From Betaproteobacteria bacterium (GTDB lineage Bacteria > Pseudomonadota > Gammaproteobacteria > Burkholderiales > SG8-41): a stretch of 39,603 nucleotides of DNA. The stretch lies in assembly GCA_031427895.1 (NCBI GenBank), contig JANPOH010000034.1, positions 1-39,603 of the forward strand, written 5' to 3'. Positions 10,082 to 18,130 of this stretch are shown piece by piece; position 1 is the stretch's first letter; every line of letters begins with the position of its first letter. Below the pieces are notes generated by a model. The model was not told where the DNA came from. It ran no database searches and saw only the letters and a list, made by a program, of their open reading frames with translations. The position numbers and the translations under genes were made by a program.

Positions 10082-12775
10082 ATGGACATGAACGATCTGA
10101 ATGCGCCCACGCCTGACGTTGATCCGCAGGAAACCCGCGAGTGGCTGGATGCACTTGATGGCGTAATCGCGAACGAAGGCCCGGTACGCGCCAAGTTTCT
10201 GCTCGAACAACTGGTGGCGCGCGCGCGTGGTTCCGGCGCGTACATCCCGTACAACGCGAACACCGCGTACATGAACACCATTCCGCCCGATAGCGAAGAA
10301 CGCTCGCCGGGCGACCCGGAAATGGAGCATCGCATCCGTTCGCTGGTGCGTTGGAACGCGATGGCTACCGTGGTGCGCGCTAACAAAGAGTCGTCTGAAC
10401 TCGGCGGTCACATCGCGAGCTTTGCCTCGGCGGCGACCTTGTATGACGTGGCCTTTAATCATTTTTTCCGTGCCGCCAACGATAACTTTCTCGGTGACCT
10501 GATCTATTTTCAGGGGCATTCCGCGCCCGGCGTTTATGCGCGCGCGTTTCTCGAAGGGCGCATCACCGAAGACCAGCTCGTGCATTTCCGCCAGGAGGTG
10601 GACGGTAAGGGGTTGTCGTCGTATCCGCATCCATGGCTGATGCCGGATTTCTGGCAGTTTCCCACGGTATCGATGGGACTCGGCCCGCTGATGGCGATTT
10701 ACCAGGCGCGCTTTAAGCGCTATCTCGGCGATCGCGGCATTATCCCCGTGCAAGGCCGCAAAGTGTGGGCGTTCATGGGCGACGGCGAAATGGACGAGCC
10801 CGAATCGCTGGGCGCTATTTCGCTGGCGGGCCGCGAAAAACTCGACAATCTGATTTTCGTCGTCAACTGCAATTTGCAGCGGCTTGACGGCCCGGTGCGC
10901 GGCAACGGCAAGATCATTCAGGAGCTGGAAGCCGATTTTCGCGGCTCAGGCTGGAACGTCATCAAGGTGGTGTGGGGATCGTACTGGGACGCGCTGTTCC
11001 TGAAAGACAAATCCGGCATGCTGCTAAAGCGCATGGAAGAATGCGTGGACGGCGAATACCAGGCGATGAAATCGCAGGACGGCGCGTATGTCCGCAAGCA
11101 TTTCTTCGGCAAATACCCGGAACTCGCCGCGCTGGTGGCCAACATGTCCGACGATGATATCTGGCGTCTGAATCGCGGCGGCCACGACCCGCACAAAATG
11201 TATGCCGCGTATGCCGCCGCCACCAAACATACCGGCCAGCCGACGGTCATACTCGCCAAGACCATCAAGGGCTACGGCATGGGCGAATCCGGCGAGGGGC
11301 AAAATATTACCCATCAGCAAAAAAAGATGGGCACCTCGTCGATCAAGGCGTTTCGGGATCGCTTCAGCGTGCCGATTGCCGACGAGCAATTGGAAAAAGT
11401 GCCGTTCTACCGCCCGCCGGAAGACGCGCCGGAAATGAAGTATCTCCGCAGCCGCATCGAGGCGATGGGCGGCTCGCTGCCCTCGCGCAAGCGCCGTGCG
11501 CCGCCGCTGGAAGTGCTGCCGCTGTCGGCGTTCGAGGCGCAACTGAAAAGCACCGATGAACGCGAGATTTCCACCACCATGGCGTTCGTGCGTATTTTAA
11601 ACACGGTGATCCGCGACAAAAAAATCGGCAAGTTCGTGGTGCCCATCGTGCCGGACGAATCACGCACCTTCGGCATGGAGGGCATGTTCCGCCAGTTTGG
11701 CATTTATTCCAGCGTGGGCCAGCTTTACACGCCGCAGGACGCCGATCAACTGATGTTCTACAAGGAAGACAAAACCGGGCAGATGCTGCAAGAGGGCATC
11801 AACGAGGCGGGCGCGATGTCATCGTGGATCGCGGCGGCGACGGCGTACGCCAACCACGGCCAGATGATGATTCCGTTTTACATCTTCTACTCCATGTTCG
11901 GCTTTCAGCGTATCGGCGATCTGGCGTGGGCGGCGGGCGACATGCGTGCGCGCGGCTTTTTGCTCGGCGGCACCGCCGGGCGCACTACGCTGAATGGCGA
12001 AGGTTTGCAGCACGAAGACGGCCACAGCCATCTGATGGCGGCGACCATACCCAACTGCATCTCGTACGACCCCACCTTCGCCTATGAACTGGCGGTGATT
12101 ATTCAGGACGGCATGCGGCGCATGTATCAGGAGCAGGAAGACGTCTTCTATTACATCACCGTGATGAACGAGAACTACACCCATCCGGCGATGCCCGACG
12201 GCGTGGAAAAAGGCATCCTGCGCGGCATGTATTTGTTTGCCGAGGGCGGCGCCACGAAGGCGGCGAAGAAAAATCAGCCGCGCGTGCAACTGCTGGGCAG
12301 CGGCACCATCCTGCGCGAAGTCATCGCCGCCGCCGGCATGCTGGAAAAAGACTACGGCGTGGCCGCCGATATCTGGAGCGTCACCAGCTTTAATGAATTG
12401 CGCCGCGACGGTCTCGATGCACAGCGCTGGAACACCCTGCATCCCGAAGCACAACCGCGGTTGTCGTATGTCGAGCAATGTCTCAAGGACCGCGTCGGGC
12501 CAGTGGTGGCGGCGACCGATTATATGAAGACCTACGCCGATCAGATACGCGCCTTCATGCCCGCGCAGCACTACACCGTACTCGGCACCGACGGCTTTGG
12601 CCGCTCCGATACGCGCCGTGCGTTGCGCCGCTTCTTTGAGGTGGATCGCAACTACGTCACCGTCGCCGCGCTCAAGGCGCTGGCCGATCAGGAAGCGATC
12701 CCGCGCGCCAAGGTGGCCGATGCCATCAAGCGCTACGACATTGATCCGGAAAAAGCCAGCCCCACCTCCGTATAG
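10082..12775 (+). CDS. aceE: Pyruvate dehydrogenase E1 component (homodimeric type)
   Basis: 897 aa. ThDP-binding motif GDGEMDEPES...NCNLQRLDG. The E2 gene follows immediately. Confidence 0.97.
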   Translation: MDMNDLNAPTPDVDPQETREWLDALDGVIANEGPVRAKFLLEQLVARARGSGAYIPYNANTAYMNTIPPDSEERSPGDPEMEHRIRSLVRWNAMATVVRANKESSELGGHIASFASAATLYDVAFNHFFRAANDNFLGDLIYFQGHSAPGVYARAFLEGRITEDQLVHFRQEVDGKGLSSYPHPWLMPDFWQFPTVSMGLGPLMAIYQARFKRYLGDRGIIPVQGRKVWAFMGDGEMDEPESLGAISLAGREKLDNLIFVVNCNLQRLDGPVRGNGKIIQELEADFRGSGWNVIKVVWGSYWDALFLKDKSGMLLKRMEECVDGEYQAMKSQDGAYVRKHFFGKYPELAALVANMSDDDIWRLNRGGHDPHKMYAAYAAATKHTGQPTVILAKTIKGYGMGESGEGQNITHQQKKMGTSSIKAFRDRFSVPIADEQLEKVPFYRPPEDAPEMKYLRSRIEAMGGSLPSRKRRAPPLEVLPLSAFEAQLKSTDEREISTTMAFVRILNTVIRDKKIGKFVVPIVPDESRTFGMEGMFRQFGIYSSVGQLYTPQDADQLMFYKEDKTGQMLQEGINEAGAMSSWIAAATAYANHGQMMIPFYIFYSMFGFQRIGDLAWAAGDMRARGFLLGGTAGRTTLNGEGLQHEDGHSHLMAATIPNCISYDPTFAYELAVIIQDGMRRMYQEQEDVFYYITVMNENYTHPAMPDGVEKGILRGMYLFAEGGATKAAKKNQPRVQLLGSGTILREVIAAAGMLEKDYGVAADIWSVTSFNELRRDGLDAQRWNTLHPEAQPRLSYVEQCLKDRVGPVVAATDYMKTYADQIRAFMPAQHYTVLGTDGFGRSDTRRALRRFFEVDRNYVTVAALKALADQEAIPRAKVADAIKRYDIDPEKASPTSV

Positions 12776-12838
12776 ATAATATTGTTTAAAAACAGATATT
12801 TAACATAATAAATTTCGTGGCGACGGTAAGCATTCATC

Positions 12839-14155
12839 ATGACAAACGTTATTGAAGTAACTGTTCCCGACATCGGCGACTACAAAAATATTCCGGTGAT
12901 TGAGGTGTTCGTCAAAGCCGGCGACACGGTCAAGGCCGAAGAATCGCTGATGACGCTGGAGTCCGATAAGGCGACCATGGATGTGCCGTCGCCCGCCGGC
13001 GGGGTGGTGAAAGAAATCCTTATCAAGCCCGGCGACAAAGTGTCCAAAGGCGCGCGCCTGCTGATGCTGGAGGTGGCCGATGTGGCTGCGGTGGCGGCGG
13101 CTGCTCCGGGAAAAGCGGCGGCCCCCGCGGTTGCGGCCGTGCCGGCCTCGCCGGCGGCACCGATACCGGCGCCCGTGGTCGTGGCGCGGGCGCCCGCGCC
13201 AAGCGCTGCACCGCCGGCGCAACCAATAGACGACACGCAACACCGCGCGGCGCACGCCAGCCCATCGGTGCGGCAGTTTGCGCGGGAACTCGGCGTCGAT
13301 CTGTCGCACGTCAACGGCAGCGGCCCCCAAAGCCGTATCCTGCGCGAAGACGTGCAGGCCTATGTGAAAACAGCGTTGGCGCAGCCGCGCGACGCGGCGG
13401 GCGGCACGGGGCCGGGGTTCAATCTGCCGCCGATGCCGCAAATCGATTTCGCCAAATTCGGCGGCGTTGAAATCAAACCGTTGTCGCGCATCCGCAAATT
13501 GTCGGGCGGATTCCTGCATCGTAACTGGGTGAGCATTCCGCACGTCACGCAGCACGACGAAGCCGATATCACCGACCTTGAAGCCTTCCGCAAGGCGCAA
13601 AGCGACGAAGCCAAGCGCAGAAACGTCAAGCTCACCATGCTCTGTTTCATATTGAAGGCCTCGGTGGCCGCGTTAAAACATTTCCCCGAATTCAACTCAG
13701 CGCTGTCCGCCGACGGTGAAAGCCTGGTGCTGAAACAGTATTTTCATATCGGTGTCGCGGTCGATACGCCCAACGGGCTGGTGGTGCCGGTGCTGCGTGA
13801 CATCGACAAAAAAGGCTTGTTTGATATTGCCGCCGAGCTCGGCACGGTCAGCGAGCGCATGCGCGGCGGCAAAATCGCACCGGCGGATGTGCAGGGCGGC
13901 TGTTTTTCGATATCCAGTCTCGGCGGCTTGGGCGGTACGATGTTTACGCCGATCATCAACGCGCCGGAAGTCGCCATCCTCGGCGTCGGCCGCGCGTCGA
14001 TGAAACCGGTGTGGGACGGCAAGGCATTTCAGCCGCGGCTGATGCTGCCGCTGTCGCTGTCGTACGACCATCGCGTGATCGACGGCGCGCAGGGCGCGCG
14101 TTTCGTGTCGTTCCTGTCGCAAACGCTGGCTGATATACGCAGACTCGTGCTTTGA
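12839..14155 (+). CDS. aceF: Dihydrolipoamide acetyltransferase (PDH E2), single lipoyl domain
   Basis: Lipoyl-lysine motif ESDKATMDVPSP, Ala/Pro-rich linkers, E3-binding domain ASPSVRQFARELGVDL and the catalytic DHRVIDGA motif. Confidence 0.95.
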   Translation: MTNVIEVTVPDIGDYKNIPVIEVFVKAGDTVKAEESLMTLESDKATMDVPSPAGGVVKEILIKPGDKVSKGARLLMLEVADVAAVAAAAPGKAAAPAVAAVPASPAAPIPAPVVVARAPAPSAAPPAQPIDDTQHRAAHASPSVRQFARELGVDLSHVNGSGPQSRILREDVQAYVKTALAQPRDAAGGTGPGFNLPPMPQIDFAKFGGVEIKPLSRIRKLSGGFLHRNWVSIPHVTQHDEADITDLEAFRKAQSDEAKRRNVKLTMLCFILKASVAALKHFPEFNSALSADGESLVLKQYFHIGVAVDTPNGLVVPVLRDIDKKGLFDIAAELGTVSERMRGGKIAPADVQGGCFSISSLGGLGGTMFTPIINAPEVAILGVGRASMKPVWDGKAFQPRLMLPLSLSYDHRVIDGAQGARFVSFLSQTLADIRRLVL

Positions 14156-14805
14156 TGCAGGGGGCGGTCGGCATACTGGGCGGCACCTTTGATCCAGTCC
14201 ACCTCGGTCATTTGCGGCTGGCGCAGGAAGTCGCCGATGCGCTGGCCCTGGGCGCGGTGCGTTTTATTCCGGGGGGCATGCCGCCGCATCGCGCCACGCC
14301 GCAATCGCCGGTGGCGGATCGCGTGGCGATGGTCCGGCTGGCGATCGAGGGCAACCCGCTGTTTGCGCTGGATGAGCGAGAAACGCTGCGTACCGGCAAG
14401 TCCTATACGGTTGATACCTTGAGCGAACTGCGCGCGGAACTGGGCGCCGCTTGCCCGCTGGTATTGATCCTCGGCGCGGATGCGTTTTTGGGTCTGACCA
14501 CATGGCAGCGCTGGCAGGAGATTTTTACGCTCGCGCATATCGCGGTTGCCCATCGGCCCGGTTCGGCGTTGGACGAGCTGCCGGCGGCGCTGGCCAGTGA
14601 GTTTGCACGGCGGCGAAATAATGATCCGCAGGCGGTGCATCGCGCCGCGGCAGGGAGTATTGTAGAAGTGCCCATAACGGCGCTGGATATATCGGCCACC
14701 AAAGTGCGGGAACTGGTGCGTGCGCGGCGCAGCGCGCGTTACCTGCTGGCGCCGGGCGTGCTGCACTATATCGACAGTAACCATTTGTTTTTAAAGGAAA
14801 TTTAA
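14155..14805 (+). CDS. nadD: Nicotinate-nucleotide adenylyltransferase
   Basis: GGTFDPVHLGH (HxGH) nucleotidyltransferase motif. ATG 14155 shares one base with the aceF TGA; the ORF-track TTG at 14152 is an alternative. Followed by rsfS, as in many bacteria. Confidence 0.92.
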   Translation: MQGAVGILGGTFDPVHLGHLRLAQEVADALALGAVRFIPGGMPPHRATPQSPVADRVAMVRLAIEGNPLFALDERETLRTGKSYTVDTLSELRAELGAACPLVLILGADAFLGLTTWQRWQEIFTLAHIAVAHRPGSALDELPAALASEFARRRNNDPQAVHRAAAGSIVEVPITALDISATKVRELVRARRSARYLLAPGVLHYIDSNHLFLKEI

Positions 14806-14809
14806 TATC

Positions 14810-15319
14810 ATGATGCGACTCGATAAAGTGTCCCGGATAGCGGTAGACGCACTGGAAGACGTCAAGGCGCGTGACATCGTGGTGTTCGACGTGAAAAAAA
14901 TGACCGCTTATTTCGATAAAGTCATCGTCGCCACCGGCGATTCCAACCGTCATTGCCGCGCGCTGGCCAATAACGTGCAGGAAAAAGTCAAAGCCGCCGG
15001 CGGCAAGATTTACGGTATGGAAGGCGAAAAAACCGGCGAGTGGCTGCTGGTGGATGTCGGCGCGGCCGTGGTGCATATCATGCAGCCCGCGATCCGCCAG
15101 TACTACAACCTCGAAGAGTTATGGGCGTCGGCGCCGAAATCCACCAAGGCGCCCGCGGCGGCCAAGCCCGCCAAACTTGCCAAGGCGGCGACAGTTTCCA
15201 AAGCCACCAAAGCCACCAGCGGTACAAAACCCGCGCCGCGCAAGGCCACTGCACCGCGCAAGACTAGTGCGTCCGCGAAACCGGCCGCGCCACGCCGCGT
15301 CCGCGCAAAATCCGCCTAA
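14810..15319 (+). CDS. rsfS: Ribosomal silencing factor RsfS (Iojap family) with a long basic C-terminal tail
   Basis: The N-terminal ~105 aa are Iojap-like (ALEDVKARDIVVFDV...VIATGDSNRH...WLLVDVGAAVVHIM). It occupies the conserved nadD-rsfS-rlmH position. The tail is described in findings. Confidence 0.9.
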   Translation: MMRLDKVSRIAVDALEDVKARDIVVFDVKKMTAYFDKVIVATGDSNRHCRALANNVQEKVKAAGGKIYGMEGEKTGEWLLVDVGAAVVHIMQPAIRQYYNLEELWASAPKSTKAPAAAKPAKLAKAATVSKATKATSGTKPAPRKATAPRKTSASAKPAAPRRVRAKSA

Positions 15320-15323
15320 CACG

Positions 15324-15803
15324 GTGAAGCTGCGGATTGTCGCGGTTGGGCATCGGATGCCGGACTGGATCAACGCGGGGTTCGACGACTACGCCCGGCG
15401 CATGCCGCGCGAGATGCCGCTGGCGCTTACCGAGTTAAAGCCCGAGGCGCGCGGCGACAAGCCCAGCGCCGGCGACATCGCGCGCGTTCTCGAACAAGAG
15501 GCGCAACGTATCGAAGCGGCGCTTCCCAAAGGCGGGCGGACCATGGTGCTCGATGAAACCGGCAAAATGGTCACCACGCGGCAACTTGCCGATAACATGA
15601 CGCGCTGGCGCGACGACGGGCGCGATATCACCTTTGTCATCGGCGGCGCCGACGGCACGGCGGCGCGGTTAAAGCAGCGCGCGGACTGGCTGTGGTCATT
15701 GTCACCGCTGACCCTGCCGCATGGTTTGGTGCGCGTGGTGCTGGCCGAGCAGCTCTACCGCGCGGCGTCGATACTAGGCAATCATCCCTATCACCGGGTC
15801 TGA
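15324..15803 (+). CDS. rlmH: 23S rRNA (pseudouridine1915-N3)-methyltransferase RlmH
   Basis: GTG at 15324 gives 159 aa (VKLRIVAVGHRMPDWI...FVIGGADG...LSLSPLTLPH), typical SPOUT RlmH size. The 249-aa ORF-track call is an upstream extension that overlaps the rsfS tail in another frame. Confidence 0.9.
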   Translation: MKLRIVAVGHRMPDWINAGFDDYARRMPREMPLALTELKPEARGDKPSAGDIARVLEQEAQRIEAALPKGGRTMVLDETGKMVTTRQLADNMTRWRDDGRDITFVIGGADGTAARLKQRADWLWSLSPLTLPHGLVRVVLAEQLYRAASILGNHPYHRV

Positions 15804-15807
15804 GTTT

Positions 15808-16431
15808 ATGGCGATTTCCGATCGAAAGCTGTATCTGGCCTCGCGCAGTCCGCGCCGCCGCGAGCTGCTGCGGCAGATCGGCGTCGGCCACGAATTACTG
15901 CTGCTGCGCGAAGATGCGCGCCGCGGCGCGGACGCGGACGAGACGCCGCTGGCGGCGGAACTGCCGCGCGACTATGCGCGGCGCGTGGCCAACGCCAAGG
16001 CCGCGGCAGGTTTGCAGATGCTGGCGCGGCGCGCCAGCGGCCTGATTAAGCCGGTGCTCGCCGCCGACACCACCATTGCGCTGGACAATGCCATCATCGG
16101 CAAACCGCGGGATGCCGCGGATGCGAAGCGTATCCTGAAAGCCTTGTCGGGCCGCAGCCACACGGTGATTACCGTGGTGGCGATGGCGTTCGCCGATCAA
16201 ATCGAAACCCGCGTCAGCGAATCGGTGGTGACGATGCGCGACATCGACGATGCGCTGATCCAGCGCTACATCGACAGCGGCGAGCCGATGGACAAGGCCG
16301 GCGCCTACGCGGTGCAGGGGCGCGCGGCGGCGTTCATCACGCGCATCGAAGGCAGCTACTCCGGTATCATGGGTTTGCCGCTGGCCGAGACGGTGGAATT
16401 GCTCTCGGCGTTTAATATCGACAGCGTGTAG
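15808..16431 (+). CDS. maf: Maf-family nucleoside triphosphate pyrophosphatase
   Basis: 207 aa with Maf motifs (LYLASRSPRRRELL, AGAYAVQG). Conserved position upstream of rng. Confidence 0.9.
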   Translation: MAISDRKLYLASRSPRRRELLRQIGVGHELLLLREDARRGADADETPLAAELPRDYARRVANAKAAAGLQMLARRASGLIKPVLAADTTIALDNAIIGKPRDAADAKRILKALSGRSHTVITVVAMAFADQIETRVSESVVTMRDIDDALIQRYIDSGEPMDKAGAYAVQGRAAAFITRIEGSYSGIMGLPLAETVELLSAFNIDSV

Positions 16432-16552
16432 CCACGATTAATGCCCATTCCAATTCATTGGATCAATAGTTCTGTCATTCCATCAACCTTGTGAGAACGG
16501 AACCTTGCTTCACTAGAAATGGAAATGGAATAGCACCGGACCCCATCAGGCC

Positions 16553-18019
16553 ATGAGCGAAGAAATCCTCGTCAATGTCACCGCGCAGGAAACCCGCGTC
16601 GCCGTGATCGAAAACGGCGTCACGCAGGAGCTGCATATCGAGCGCACCTCCGCGCGCGGCCTGGTCGGCAACGTCTACATGGGGCGCGTGGTACGGGTGT
16701 TGCCGGGCATGCAATCGGCGTTTGTCGATATCGCGGGCGACCGCGCGGCGTTTTTGCACGTCGCGGATATCTGGGGCAGCCGCCACGGCCGCCACAATGG
16801 TGAAAGCGGGCCGCCGATAGAGCGCCTGCTGTCCGAAGGCGAAAAGCTGATGGCGCAGGTGGTGAAAGACCCGCTCGGCACCAAGGGCGCGCGGCTCACC
16901 ACGCAGATCAGCATCGCCGGGCGGTTTCTGGTGTACCTGCCGCAGGACGACGCGCATATCGGCATTTCGCAGCGCATTGAAGATCAGGATGAGCGCGCGA
17001 ATCTGCGCGAGAAGCTCCAGCATATGTTGCCGCCGGAGGAAAAAGGCGGCTTTATCATGCGTACCATGGCCGAAACCGCTTCCGAGGCCGAACTGGCCTC
17101 CGATCTGACGTATTTACGCAAGTTATGGGCGGGCATCCAGGAGCGCGCGATGGCCGCCGCGCCGCTGACCTTGCTGTACCAGGATCTGAACCTCGGCATG
17201 CGCGTGCTGCGCGATTTCGTGGGCGACGAAACCTCGCGTATCGTGGTCGATGCCGAAGCGGTCTATCGCGCCATGAAAGCGTTCGCGCGCGATTACACCC
17301 CGACCAACGTCGAGCGCATCAGTCACTATCAGGGCGAGCGCCCGTTGTTCGAGCTCTACGGCGTCGAAGACGAAATCGAAAAAGCGCTGGCGCGCCGCGT
17401 CGATCTGAAATCGGGCGGCTACCTCATCATGGATCAGACCGAGGCGCTGACCACGGTGGATGTGAATACCGGCGGCTTTGTCGGTGGACGCAACCTGGGC
17501 GACACCATCTTCAAAACCAATCTGGAAGCGGCGCAGGTGGCGGCGCGTCAACTGCGGCTGCGAAATCTCGGCGGCATTATCATCATCGATTTCATCGATA
17601 TGGATACCGAAGAGCATCGCAATGCCGTGCTCAATGAGTTCCGCAAGGCGCTGGCGCGCGACCGTACGCGCATGACCATCAACGGCTTCACGCAGCTGGG
17701 GCTGGTGGAGATGACGCGCAAGCGCACACGCGAGTCGCTCGCGCACGTGCTGTGCGAGCCGTGCCCGGTATGCCAGGCGCGCGGCGAACTGAAAACCGCG
17801 CAGACCGTGTGCTACCAGATACTGCGCGAGCTGGATCGCGAGGCGCGGCAATTCAGCGCGCGCGAATTTCGCATCCTTGCCTCGCAACAGGTGATTGACC
17901 TGTTTCTGGACGAAGAATCGCAAAGCCTCGCCTTGCTGTCCGACGCCATCGGCAAACCGGTGTCGCTGCTGGTCGAGAGCCTGTACAACCAGGAACAGTT
18001 TGATATTGTGCTTATGTAG
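16553..18019 (+). CDS. rng: Ribonuclease G
   Basis: 488 aa. S1 domain (GNVYMGRVVRVLPGMQSAFVDIG), RNase E/G catalytic core (TTVDVNTGGF, IIIDFIDM) and a Zn-link CPVC. It lacks an RNase E-type scaffold tail. Confidence 0.93.
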   Translation: MSEEILVNVTAQETRVAVIENGVTQELHIERTSARGLVGNVYMGRVVRVLPGMQSAFVDIAGDRAAFLHVADIWGSRHGRHNGESGPPIERLLSEGEKLMAQVVKDPLGTKGARLTTQISIAGRFLVYLPQDDAHIGISQRIEDQDERANLREKLQHMLPPEEKGGFIMRTMAETASEAELASDLTYLRKLWAGIQERAMAAAPLTLLYQDLNLGMRVLRDFVGDETSRIVVDAEAVYRAMKAFARDYTPTNVERISHYQGERPLFELYGVEDEIEKALARRVDLKSGGYLIMDQTEALTTVDVNTGGFVGGRNLGDTIFKTNLEAAQVAARQLRLRNLGGIIIIDFIDMDTEEHRNAVLNEFRKALARDRTRMTINGFTQLGLVEMTRKRTRESLAHVLCEPCPVCQARGELKTAQTVCYQILRELDREARQFSAREFRILASQQVIDLFLDEESQSLALLSDAIGKPVSLLVESLYNQEQFDIVLM

Positions 18020-18122
18020 TGAGGCGTGAGGCGTAACCTCGGCCGCTCGGCACGCGCTCCCGATACCGGGAAGATTGCGCGCCTGACGCCTAACACCTAA
18101 CGCCTAACGTCTAACGTCTAAC
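18019..18122. repeat. Inverted pair of heptanucleotide tandem arrays in the rng-PLD spacer
   Basis: GTGAGGC GTGAGGC GTAACCT (18019-18039), and GCCTGAC GCCTAAC ACCTAAC GCCTAAC GTCTAAC GTCTAAC (18081-18122). Confidence 0.85.
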
Positions 18123-18130
18123 GAAAAGAG

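Noticed and set aside
15054-15323. N-terminal 90-codon extension of the rlmH ORF
   Set aside because: It overlaps the rsfS tail in another frame and is Pro/Arg low-complexity. GTG at 15324 gives a normal-length RlmH.
18081-18122. Could the heptamer arrays be a CRISPR array or telomere-like (CCTAAC) repeats?
   Set aside because: The units are 7 nt and directly abutting, with no spacers, so this is not CRISPR. The resemblance to CCCTAA telomere repeats is superficial, and the locus lies inside an ordinary operon spacer.
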